DNA of 37,259 nucleotides, taken from positions 1 through 37,259 of the forward strand of contig CAYRDB010000003.1 of assembly GCA_964423085.1 (NCBI GenBank). Reading direction: 5' to 3'. Below the pieces are notes generated by a model, which saw only the letters and a list, made by a program, of their open reading frames with translations, did no database searches and was not told the DNA's origin. Both the position numbers and the translations under genes were made by a program. This document shows, piece by piece, positions 9,428-17,352 of the stretch. This DNA is from an uncultured archaeon (lineage in GTDB: Archaea > Aenigmatarchaeota > Aenigmatarchaeia > CG10238-14 > SCSR01). The stretch's first letter is position 1. Each line of letters starts with the position of its first letter.

Positions 9428-9855
9428 CTAATCTCTAATTTATTTTGTATTCTGTCGTATGTTAAATTTATTGGTTGCACAGAAGGAGCAGACCCTTCTA
9501 TCGAATCGAATGTGTAATTGAGGTTGTTTATTGAAGATATCATCCCTCTCTCCGGAGGAACTGTCTCCACAGCCAACCCGCTCTGATTCAGGCTGAACTC
9601 GAGAAGGTATCCAGCTGTCCTGTCGCTTATTTTCACTATGTTCTCCACAGAGCCGCACTGGTGGCATCCGTTGACCGAAGCAACAACCATTGATGAAAAA
9701 TAGCCGTTAATCATTTCGATTGATATGTCAGCAGCGTCCCTGCGCATAGTCTCGTACTGGTTCGTGTAGAAGGATCCTATGCCTATGAAAAGGCCTATGC
9801 CTATTATGAAGAACAGTATGAACTGTATTATGTAGGACTGGCCTTTCTGTTTCAT
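9424..9855 (-). CDS. Small pilin-like protein (class III signal peptide)
   Basis: MKQKG|QSYIIQFILFFIIGIGLFIGIG N-terminus. Overlaps both neighbours by 4 nt. Confidence 0.55.
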   Translation of the reverse strand: MKQKGQSYIIQFILFFIIGIGLFIGIGSFYTNQYETMRRDAADISIEMINGYFSSMVVASVNGCHQCGSVENIVKISDRTAGYLLEFSLNQSGLAVETVPPERGMISSINNLNYTFDSIEGSAPSVQPINLTYDRIQNKLEIR

Positions 9856-10520
9856 GAGAAAAGCACCCTTATCTCGGTTATTACTATTGTCTTGCCGTCG
9901 CGGACCTCGGACGTTATCGGACCCCTGGACAAAATAACACTGTTCGAACCCGATGAAAGCTCTCCGCTAGGATTCATCACCAGCCTTATCTGATGGCCCT
10001 TTGTCTCTGTGGACTCGTACAGTGTCCTGAACCACACTCTATACTTTATGTCATAGCCATCCGAAATCGGGCTGGCTTTTGCGCATACTACATAGGAAGG
10101 ATCAATGCCAACATACCCAGACTCTGGAGGGCAGCTGCCTCCCGCAGTCAGAGATATCCAAGATATTCCTGAAGCAGCGTTCTCTATCGCTATGTTGGAT
10201 ACCCTGCCGAAAGATGAAAATTCCAAAGAGTTGTTGTTTGGCGACGACTCGTCCCATTCGTGAAGCAACCATCCGCCCGGAACATCGGATGTGAAAACAT
10301 CTTCGCCTCCGTTCTTCGCTATGAACTCTATCTTCTTTACCAGAGAATTCGTGTTGCCCCTGTCGAAATAACTGTAAGCGCGCTCCATGTTGCTGGTGTC
10401 CTGCTGCTTGACTATTATCGGCATCCCCCACATGTATGCTGTCCCGGCCAAGGCTATGCCCATCATCACTACAAGCACAGCAGATATGACTTCGGACACC
10501 GCTTTTCTTCCGATGCTCAT
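9852..10520 (-). CDS. Archaeal type IV pilin-like protein (Pilin_N-type N-terminus)
   Basis: MSIGRKA|VSEVISAVLVVMMGIALAGTAY resembles the archaeal pilin/archaellin N-terminal consensus (R/K-G/A then VSxVIxxxLxxxIxIAL). Confidence 0.65.
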   Translation of the reverse strand: MSIGRKAVSEVISAVLVVMMGIALAGTAYMWGMPIIVKQQDTSNMERAYSYFDRGNTNSLVKKIEFIAKNGGEDVFTSDVPGGWLLHEWDESSPNNNSLEFSSFGRVSNIAIENAASGISWISLTAGGSCPPESGYVGIDPSYVVCAKASPISDGYDIKYRVWFRTLYESTETKGHQIRLVMNPSGELSSGSNSVILSRGPITSEVRDGKTIVITEIRVLFS

Positions 10521-10551
10521 AATCTAAATTAGAATCAGGACAATTTAATGC

Positions 10552-11022
10552 TCACATTTGCCTTCTCATTGGCGGAAGCCTGGACGCCATGTACGGCTTT
10601 ACAGGAGGCTTTCTGACTTTTGACATGCTGTCTATGGTCTCCATGACCAGCTCGTTGCTTTCCACTATTTTCTTGTTCCCTTCTATGAGTGCGTCCATTT
10701 TCTTCAGCAGCGGATCCAGATTATTGGAAGAAGCCTCTCCTGCTTCAGCGCCCGCAGACGCCTTTATGAAAGCCAAAAGCTCGTTCAAATCATTTATCAG
10801 TTCGTCCAGCTTTCCAGGAAGCTTTGATATTTCTATCCTCAAAGAATCGTTCGCCTTTGCCAGCTCGTCCACAAGCTGCTGATTCATCCTTACGATGTCA
10901 ACAAGCTGTCCGAAGAACTCCTTCACGTCCACTCCTTTGGTGGACTCCATTTTTTCAAGCCTTCTTTCCAGCCTCCTCATCGGAGATATTGGAATAAGCT
11001 CAAACTCTTCTTCGGACGGCAT
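10552..11022 (-). CDS. Coiled-coil protein of unknown function, first gene of the pilus-like operon
   Basis: Heptad-rich, acidic, no TM segment or signal peptide. TATA-like AATTTAATATAT lies upstream on the minus strand (about 11055-11070). Only 31 nt separate it from the following pilin gene. Confidence 0.45.
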   Translation of the reverse strand: MPSEEEFELIPISPMRRLERRLEKMESTKGVDVKEFFGQLVDIVRMNQQLVDELAKANDSLRIEISKLPGKLDELINDLNELLAFIKASAGAEAGEASSNNLDPLLKKMDALIEGNKKIVESNELVMETIDSMSKVRKPPVKPYMASRLPPMRRQM

Positions 11023-11099
11023 TTTATCACTGAATATATTCTGAACACTGGATATATTAAATTTCTCTGGCTGGGTAATAAAGGTTTCCCATGCAGAAA

Positions 11100-12752
11100 T
11101 CAGTATTCAGGCATGCCACCTGGCGGCATGTTTGGCATGCCACCAGCGCCCTTTGAGAGCTTCGTCGCGGATATGACGTCGTCTATCCTCAATATCATCT
11201 CTGCCGCCTCTGAAGCGGACTCCATAGCCTGCGTCTTTACCTTCAGTGGCTCGACCACGCCTATTTTCACAGCGTCCCCGACCCCGCAGTCCTCTATCGA
11301 TACTCCGTAGGTCACATTGCCTTTTTCATGGGCTGCCCTAAGTTCAACCAGAACGTTTATCGGATCCAGGCCTCCGTTCTCTGCGAGCGCCCTCGGTATC
11401 ACTTCCATCGCATCTGCGAACGAAAGTATGGCCAGCTGCTCCCTTCCAGAGAACCCGTCAGCGAACTTCCTTATCCTTCTCGCAATCTCCGCTTCTGGCG
11501 AGCCTGCTCCGTAAACTATCTTTCCGTCCTCCAGTGCGGACGCAACAGCGCCGACAGCATCCTCAACCGAGCGGTCGACCTCGTCGACCACATGGTCAGT
11601 GCTTCCGCGCACCAGTATTGTGACCGCCTTTGGGATTTTGCACTCCCTCACGAATATCATTTCCTCGCCGCCTATCTTCTTCTCCTCGACGACTTTCGAG
11701 TATCCGAGATCCTCCGAATTCAGCTCGTCCAGGCTCGTGACTATCCTCGCGCCTGTAGCTTTTGCAAGCTTCTCCATGTCGGACTTTTTGACGCGCCTTG
11801 CTGCGAGTATGCCCTTCTTTGCCAGAAAGTGCTGGGCAACATCGTCTATCCCCTTCTGCGAGAACAGAACTGTCGCACCGCTTGCTATGACCTTCTCCAC
11901 CATCTGCTTTAGCATGCGCTGCTCCTGCTCGACGAAAGCCTGCATCTGCTCAGGCGAAGTTATCCTGATCTGCGCATCCGTCTCCGTTTCCTTGACTTCC
12001 AATGCAGCGTCTATCAGCGCTATCTTCGCGTCCTTCACGAGCTTCGGCATTCCAGGATGAACGACCTCCTTGTCCATCACTATGCCCTTTATCAGCTCGG
12101 TGTCCTCTGCGGAACCGCCGTGCTTCTTCTCCCTCTTTATGTCGGTTTTGTCTATCGATATTTTCCCATCTTCCTCTGTTGCAACCTGCTTGACCGCGTC
12201 CACCACTATTTTTGCAAGTATAGGCGTGGCGCGCTCCATGCTCTTGCCGCTCATTGACGTGAGCGCTATCTTCTGCAGCATAGCGTCGTCCTTCAGAGTA
12301 ACTGGGACAGCTATCTCGTTCAAAATCTTCAAGGACTCGTCCCTGGCAAGCTTGAAGCCCCTGGTTATCACTGTCGGGTGTATGTCCTGCTCCAAAAGCT
12401 CGCCCGCTTTCTTCAAAAGCTCTCCCGCAACCACAACCGCTGTCGTGGTGCCGTCGCCGACCTCCTCGTTCTGGGTCTTTGCCACATCCACCATCATCTT
12501 CGCCGCCGGGTGCTCTATCTCCATCTCGTCGAGTATTGTGACCCCGTCGTTCGTTATAACAATGTCCCCTATGGAGTCGACCAGCATCTTGTCCATTCCC
12601 TTAGGACCTAGAGTTGTTCTTACTGCGTCAGCAACTGCCTTTGCCGCCGCTATGTTGCTGCCCTGAGCTCCCTTGCCCTGCTGCCTGAGAGTGCCCTCGG
12701 GCAAAATCAAAATCGGTTGTCCCCCTATGTTTCCCATTGTTGGTTGCGCCAT
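11100..12752 (-). CDS. ths: Thermosome subunit (group II chaperonin)
   Basis: [31 protein letters not shown] and VEPLKVK motifs, plus a C-terminal GGMPxxPPGGM tail. GGAGGT lies 9 nt upstream of the ATG. Confidence 0.95.
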   Translation of the reverse strand: MAQPTMGNIGGQPILILPEGTLRQQGKGAQGSNIAAAKAVADAVRTTLGPKGMDKMLVDSIGDIVITNDGVTILDEMEIEHPAAKMMVDVAKTQNEEVGDGTTTAVVVAGELLKKAGELLEQDIHPTVITRGFKLARDESLKILNEIAVPVTLKDDAMLQKIALTSMSGKSMERATPILAKIVVDAVKQVATEEDGKISIDKTDIKREKKHGGSAEDTELIKGIVMDKEVVHPGMPKLVKDAKIALIDAALEVKETETDAQIRITSPEQMQAFVEQEQRMLKQMVEKVIASGATVLFSQKGIDDVAQHFLAKKGILAARRVKKSDMEKLAKATGARIVTSLDELNSEDLGYSKVVEEKKIGGEEMIFVRECKIPKAVTILVRGSTDHVVDEVDRSVEDAVGAVASALEDGKIVYGAGSPEAEIARRIRKFADGFSGREQLAILSFADAMEVIPRALAENGGLDPINVLVELRAAHEKGNVTYGVSIEDCGVGDAVKIGVVEPLKVKTQAMESASEAAEMILRIDDVISATKLSKGAGGMPNMPPGGMPEY

Positions 12753-12790
12753 GTAACATCTACCTCCATTTTTTAATTATGTGTATGTGG

Positions 12791-12798
12791 GTATATAA
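12791..12798 (-). promoter_or_regulatory. TATA-box candidate for the thermosome gene
   Basis: The minus strand reads TTATATAC about 40-46 nt upstream of the ATG. This places a predicted TSS just upstream of the GGAGGT at 12762-12767. Confidence 0.45.
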
Positions 12799-12877
12799 GA
12801 ATTTAAAGATTACGGAAGATTTATTTTGATCAATAAATTTTCGTTGTGTCGTTTTGAATATGTTGACAAAACACAAT

Positions 12878-13471
12878 TCAACCAACTATACCACTCAAAA
12901 CTTCGTAAGTTCTCAGCGCGTCTGCGCGATTCACCACTATTATTGTATCTTCGAAACATGAGAAAAACTCGAGCACGTTTATGTTCTGCTCCGCTAATAT
13001 GGAAGCCTGAAGTGCAGCGACTCCAGGAATTGATTGTACGTCGGTAGGTGAATTGAGAACTATAACAGAACAGTTTTCTTGTGAATTGACAATGCTTCGT
13101 TTGTTTTTCCTCAAGGCTTCCTTGAACATATCTTTGTTCACTATAATTATGTGCTTTGACCCAAGGGAAACGCTAGCAACCTTTTTTACTTGTATATCCT
13201 TGTCAGTTACCAGCAGCGAGGCGTTGTCGAAAAGAGTTAAACTGCTTCCCTTCAGCACCTTCATTATCCCCTCCTCCCGCCTGCGCTTGGACTTGGAAAG
13301 CTGATCGGAATACCTCCTTACAGCGCCCTTTATCGCGTACAGCTTCCTTATGCCTAGCTCCTTGCCTATCATCCTAGAAAGCTGGCTGGTGTTGACCAGC
13401 CCCTTCTCAAGGTTGTCGAGCACGTACGGCCTGTTCTTCAGGTACAGCCTCACATCTTCAGCCACTGACAT
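12878..13471 (-). CDS. Putative regulator with N-terminal HTH-like region and C-terminal ACT-like domain (COG2150-like)
   Basis: The N-terminal NTSQLSRMIGKELGI is HTH-like. The C-terminal segment (VIVLNSP...GVAALQASILAEQNINVLEFFSCFEDTIIVV) looks like an ACT fold. The ATG is at 13471; the tracked start at 13477 is TTG. Confidence 0.45.
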   Translation of the reverse strand: MSVAEDVRLYLKNRPYVLDNLEKGLVNTSQLSRMIGKELGIRKLYAIKGAVRRYSDQLSKSKRRREEGIMKVLKGSSLTLFDNASLLVTDKDIQVKKVASVSLGSKHIIIVNKDMFKEALRKNKRSIVNSQENCSVIVLNSPTDVQSIPGVAALQASILAEQNINVLEFFSCFEDTIIVVNRADALRTYEVLSGIVG

Positions 13472-13478
13472 AATCAAG

Positions 13479-13496
13479 ATGTGTCATTTGACACAT
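13479..13496. promoter_or_regulatory. Perfect palindrome ATGTGTCA-TT-TGACACAT, candidate operator
   Basis: Two 8-bp arms with a 2-nt spacer. It lies 8 nt upstream of the regulator-like gene start, within the 90-nt divergent intergenic region shared with the LysW-like gene. Confidence 0.5.
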
Positions 13497-13561
13497 TTAA
13501 GTCTTATTTTGTGGCATAAAAACCGGAACAAATAAGCCGTTTTCAAATCATAGATAATGTT

Positions 13562-13816
13562 ATGGAATCGATGGAATTGTACAAAATCGATAAAGAGCTG
13601 CCGTGCCCGGACTGCGGATTGAACCAGTACATCAAGTCTGCGGCAGTAGGCGAGATACTCCAATGCCCGGGTTGCGGGCAGGAAAACGAGATAGTATTCA
13701 TAGGAATGGACGACCATCCCATGAAGGGAAGCCCGTATTCAAACGGAAAGCAGTTATACAAGGATGTTATGCTGAAGCAGCTGGTTCTCGAGGAAAAGGA
13801 CGACTGGGGAGAATAG
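13562..13816 (+). CDS. LysW/ArgW-like amino-group carrier protein (Zn ribbon plus C-terminal DWGE)
   Basis: CPDCG...VGEILQCPGCG Zn ribbon and an acidic tail ending EEKDDWGE. This matches the LysW signature (xCPxCG...GExxxCxxCG...EDWGE). About 25 extra residues separate the ribbon from the tail. Confidence 0.6.
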   Translation: MESMELYKIDKELPCPDCGLNQYIKSAAVGEILQCPGCGQENEIVFIGMDDHPMKGSPYSNGKQLYKDVMLKQLVLEEKDDWGE

Positions 13817-14026
13817 TCATTTACCGAACTTTAAATTCTCCACATAGGGCTTTTGCAGTTCCTTCTTCACCTTCTCTATCCACCCTTCCAGAATTATGAC
13901 AGCCTCGGCCAGAGGTATCCCCTCGCCCCTAGTCTTGACCTGGACCTGCATCTTCTTGGTCTTCCTGTCCACCTTCCTCTCGATGGCGAACCCGAACCTC
14001 TGCTCGACTATGTCTTCGTCTGCCAT
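13817..14026 (-). CDS. Hypothetical 69-aa protein, last gene of the GNAT-ogt operon
   Basis: Its start is 1 nt after the ogt stop, and its stop abuts the LysW-like stop (13816/13817). No recognisable motif. Confidence 0.4.
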   Translation of the reverse strand: MADEDIVEQRFGFAIERKVDRKTKKMQVQVKTRGEGIPLAEAVIILEGWIEKVKKELQKPYVENLKFGK

Positions 14027-14027
14027 G

Positions 14028-14333
14028 TTATCTACCGAACTTGAACATCACGTTGTCAAGATTGTTTATCTTTCCATTCTTTATATCTATTCCTTCGCTT
14101 CTCAGAATTTTAGCTTTGAGCAAGCTTCCTCGATTGAAGCCGCCCAGCTTTCCGTCCGACCTGACCACTCTGTGACATGGTACATCCGAAGAGCGGTTGC
14201 GATTGCACGCATTGCCAACAGCTCGATAAGCCTTGCTTCCGATATGATTAGCAATAATCATATATGTCGTAACTTTTCCTTTAGGAACTGATTTAATCAC
14301 ATCCCATATCCGCTCGCAGAATTCCATAATCAT
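14028..14333 (-). CDS. ogt: Methylated-DNA-protein-cysteine methyltransferase, catalytic C-terminal domain only (101 aa)
   Basis: Active-site PCHRV and helix-turn-wing region (TYMIIANHIGSKAYRAVGNA). The start ATG at 14333-14331 overlaps the GNAT stop TGA as ATGA. The longer tracked ORF (to 14471) overlaps the GNAT gene. Confidence 0.8.
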   Translation of the reverse strand: MIMEFCERIWDVIKSVPKGKVTTYMIIANHIGSKAYRAVGNACNRNRSSDVPCHRVVRSDGKLGGFNRGSLLKAKILRSEGIDIKNGKINNLDNVMFKFGR

Positions 14334-14881
14334 CCTTTGTAGTCCATAACTATCTCGTCTACCAGCTTGCCTTTGAATTGTATCCTGTTCTTCAGCCTGG
14401 CGACCGGCCTGAACCCCATCTTCTTGTAAAGGTTGTAAGCCTTCTTGTTGTGCTCGCACAAGCTGAGCCATATGACCTTTATCGACTTGTCCTTCTTCGT
14501 GATTTCGAATATTTTTTTGAACAGCAAGGTCGCTATGCCCAGTCTCCTATAGTCCTTAGCAACGCTTATACCGATTGAGGCGCAGTGTGAACTTCTTCCT
14601 ATCTCCTTTCTAAAATCTATGCCGCCCACTATGCGGCCGTCCATCTCGGCCACCAGATAATTGCCGGAACCGTTTTTTATTTTTTTCAGAATGCCACCAA
14701 GCCACTCCTTCTCATCTTTCAGGCTCATCTTCTTCGCCATTAATATCGGCGCGTCCTCTTCCACCAGGGAGTTGATATAATCTCTAAGCTCTTTGGCATC
14801 GGACATCTTAGGGTTGCGTATGACAACTGTACTGCCGTCCTTAATTTTGACCTTCACGGGCTCGAAAAATTTCATGTGCAT
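14330..14881 (-). CDS. GNAT-family N-acetyltransferase
   Basis: Acetyl-CoA-binding motif A (VAKDYRRLGIATLL) and C-terminal NKKAYNLYKKMGF. Confidence 0.8.
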   Translation of the reverse strand: MHMKFFEPVKVKIKDGSTVVIRNPKMSDAKELRDYINSLVEEDAPILMAKKMSLKDEKEWLGGILKKIKNGSGNYLVAEMDGRIVGGIDFRKEIGRSSHCASIGISVAKDYRRLGIATLLFKKIFEITKKDKSIKVIWLSLCEHNKKAYNLYKKMGFRPVARLKNRIQFKGKLVDEIVMDYKG

Positions 14882-14942
14882 CTAATACCTCTGTATGTGG
14901 TTCTAAAGATAAGATTAATTACATCGCTGCTAAAATAAATTT

Positions 14943-15923
14943 ATGATTGTTCCTTCAAAGTTAAAAAACGGCGATGAAATAAGAGTAATATCTCCTGCTA
15001 GGAGCATGGGAATTATAAAGGATCCGTTCAGGGATATTGCAAAATCAGTGTTTAAAAAAATGGGCTTGAACATCTCTTTTTCAAAGAACGTGGAAGAGAT
15101 AGATGATTTCAATTCATCGTCCATAGAATCCAGAATAGAGGATTTGCATGAGGCGTTTTCAGACAGAAATGTCAAAGGAATTATCACAACAATCGGAGGA
15201 TTCAACTCAAACCAATTGTTGAGATACATCGACTACGACCTGATAAAGAGGAATCCGAAGGTGTTGTGCGGCTACTCGGACATAACGGCGTTGCATTCGG
15301 CTATACTAAAAAAGACCGGAATGGTCGCATATTACGGGCCCCACTTTTCATCTTTCTCAATGGAGAAAGGCATAGAATACACTATCGAATATTTTAAAAA
15401 ATGCCTTATGAAAGAAGAACCGTTTGAAATAAACCCGTCTGATGAATGGTCAGACGACAGGTGGTACGAATCAAAAGATAAAAGAACTTTCATTAAAAAT
15501 AACGGGTTTGTTATAATGCAGGAAGGCGAAGCTAAAGGAACTGTTATAGGAGGCAACCTTTGCACTTTGAATCTTTTGCAAGGAACTGAATTTATGCCGT
15601 CTATTAAGAACAGCGTACTCTTCATAGAAGACGATCACGAGTCAAAGCCTCATCATTTTGATAGGGATATTCAATCACTAATCCATCAACCAGATTTTGA
15701 AAGCGTCAAAGGTTTGGTAATAGGAAGGTTTCAAAAGGAATCGAATATGACCGACAGCATGCTTGAAAAAATCATTAAAAGCAAAAAAGAGCTACGAGGA
15801 ATTCCTATAATATCTAATGCGGACTTTGGCCACACCTCTCCAATAACAACTTTCCCTCTGGGCGGTAAAGTAGAGATACATGCATATGATGAAAACTGCA
15901 AGATAGTTGTGGTTGAGCACTGA
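14943..15923 (+). CDS. Peptidase S66 family (LD-carboxypeptidase / MccF-like)
   Basis: GDEIRVISPA N-terminus, nucleophile context CGYSDITAL, and C-terminal IEDDHE and ADFGHTSP (Ser-His-Glu triad pattern). Visibly AT-rich relative to its neighbours. Confidence 0.75.
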   Translation: MIVPSKLKNGDEIRVISPARSMGIIKDPFRDIAKSVFKKMGLNISFSKNVEEIDDFNSSSIESRIEDLHEAFSDRNVKGIITTIGGFNSNQLLRYIDYDLIKRNPKVLCGYSDITALHSAILKKTGMVAYYGPHFSSFSMEKGIEYTIEYFKKCLMKEEPFEINPSDEWSDDRWYESKDKRTFIKNNGFVIMQEGEAKGTVIGGNLCTLNLLQGTEFMPSIKNSVLFIEDDHESKPHHFDRDIQSLIHQPDFESVKGLVIGRFQKESNMTDSMLEKIIKSKKELRGIPIISNADFGHTSPITTFPLGGKVEIHAYDENCKIVVVEH

Positions 15924-15928
15924 CCGTT

Positions 15929-16822
15929 CTAGTCCTCGTTCTCGTCTATAAGCTTTTTCAGATCCTTCGGAGTCTTTATCTCGGGCAGATCGCCCTCCTG
16001 TATCACAGGCACGCCCTCCACCTTCTTCGGGCCAGACTTTGAAACGAAGAACGCGGACGAGGAAAGTATGCCGGAAAGCTTCTTTATCGAAACAGCCCTC
16101 TTCTCCATGTCCTTCTCCACGCACGCCATTAGAGAGAACTTTTCCCTTCCTAGAACGTCGAACGGCGAATGGCCGACAGGCGAGTTCTCCACTCCCATCC
16201 TGCTGAGCTCCCTGCTCACAACCTTCTGCATGCTGCTTGCGGGCTCTGAGCAGGACTGGCCGGAAACCTTGGGCTCGTAAACCTTCCTCAAATCTATTTT
16301 AAGCGTACGCTCGAGCATCTTGACAGTCTGCTCTGTCGGATTCGTCCTCTTGTTCTCTATCTCGTACAGAGCCTTCTTCGAGACGCCCACCAGATCGGAA
16401 AGCTCCTCCAGCGTGAACTTTAATTCATACCGCTTCTCCCTCATCGATTCGGCGTCTATCTCCACCGACCTCCTGCCCTTCGCGGAGCTGGCAGGATAAG
16501 CCTCGCCCTCGATTATGTCGTCGAACATCTTCGGGGTAACCACGGGCAGATCGAACCTCTCGTAGACCATGCCGTCCTCCATGGGCCCGCGGTTGCTGCG
16601 AACAGACACAACAAACGGGCATGCGGATAGGAAATAAGAAGCGGTGCGCAGGTCCCTGGCTATCTCGCTGTTCAAGCCGTCCACGTTGACCATCGACTTT
16701 ACCAGCAGTAGCCTCTCCCGCTTGGCCGCTATGTCAAAGCACCCCCTGGTCAGTAAAACTTCAAATTCTTGCTTCAACAAACTATTTACCACTCGGGTTG
16801 TGAGCACGTTTCGGCTTAACAT
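15929..16822 (-). CDS. Conserved archaeal XRE-type HTH transcriptional regulator (COG1395-like)
   Basis: Central HTH FTLEELSDLVGVSKKALYEIENKRTNP is flanked by domains typical of the archaeal COG1395 family. Confidence 0.6.
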   Translation of the reverse strand: MLSRNVLTTRVVNSLLKQEFEVLLTRGCFDIAAKRERLLLVKSMVNVDGLNSEIARDLRTASYFLSACPFVVSVRSNRGPMEDGMVYERFDLPVVTPKMFDDIIEGEAYPASSAKGRRSVEIDAESMREKRYELKFTLEELSDLVGVSKKALYEIENKRTNPTEQTVKMLERTLKIDLRKVYEPKVSGQSCSEPASSMQKVVSRELSRMGVENSPVGHSPFDVLGREKFSLMACVEKDMEKRAVSIKKLSGILSSSAFFVSKSGPKKVEGVPVIQEGDLPEIKTPKDLKKLIDENED

Positions 16823-16885
16823 AAGGATCTATAAACTATTGCCTATGCGAAGAGATATAAATAATGTGTTTGTGGGTATACGGGG

Positions 16886-17338
16886 ATGCGAATGGTGAAG
16901 GAAAAAAGCGCTGGCGCTGTTATTTTCAGGAGGGAGGAAGGGAAGATTTACTACCTACTGCTCCACTACCACTTCAAGGGAGAATACTGGGACTTTCCCA
17001 GGGGGAAGATGGAGGAAGGGGAAACAGAAGAACAGACAGCGATCAGGGAGATAGGGGAGGAGACTGGAATATCGGGAATAAAGTTCATACCAGGATTCCG
17101 CGAGACCACCTCATGGTTCTACCGCTTCGAAGGCGAGAACGTATCCAAGGAGGCCGTCTATTTCCTGGCGGGCACAGACGTGAAGGACGTAGTAATATCG
17201 GACGAGCACATCGAATACCTCTGGCTGGACTACAAGGATTCCATGTCCACGCTGACATACGCCAACACTAAAAAAATACTCGAGGCTGCCGACAAGTTCC
17301 TGAACGCGAACCTTGAAAGGTTTTTAAAAGACAAATGA
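16886..17338 (+). CDS. Nudix hydrolase (Ap4A-hydrolase-like)
   Basis: Nudix box GKMEEGETEEQTAIREIGEETGI. Confidence 0.85.
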   Translation: MRMVKEKSAGAVIFRREEGKIYYLLLHYHFKGEYWDFPRGKMEEGETEEQTAIREIGEETGISGIKFIPGFRETTSWFYRFEGENVSKEAVYFLAGTDVKDVVISDEHIEYLWLDYKDSMSTLTYANTKKILEAADKFLNANLERFLKDK

Positions 17339-17352
17339 GTAATACATATCAC

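Noticed and set aside
11113-12666. Series of plus-strand ORFs (for example 11328..11912, 11599..12060, 12070..12666)
   Set aside because: They are antisense to the thermosome gene. The Ser/Ala/Pro-rich translations are typical of the reverse frame of a GC-biased coding region.
14334-14471. N-terminal extension of the Ogt ORF (MAQLVRAQQEGLQ...), and similarly 5803..6075 and 22506..22544
   Set aside because: The extensions overlap the upstream genes in another frame and are Q/R/G-rich with no homology. Internal starts with stop/start overlaps give normal-length products.
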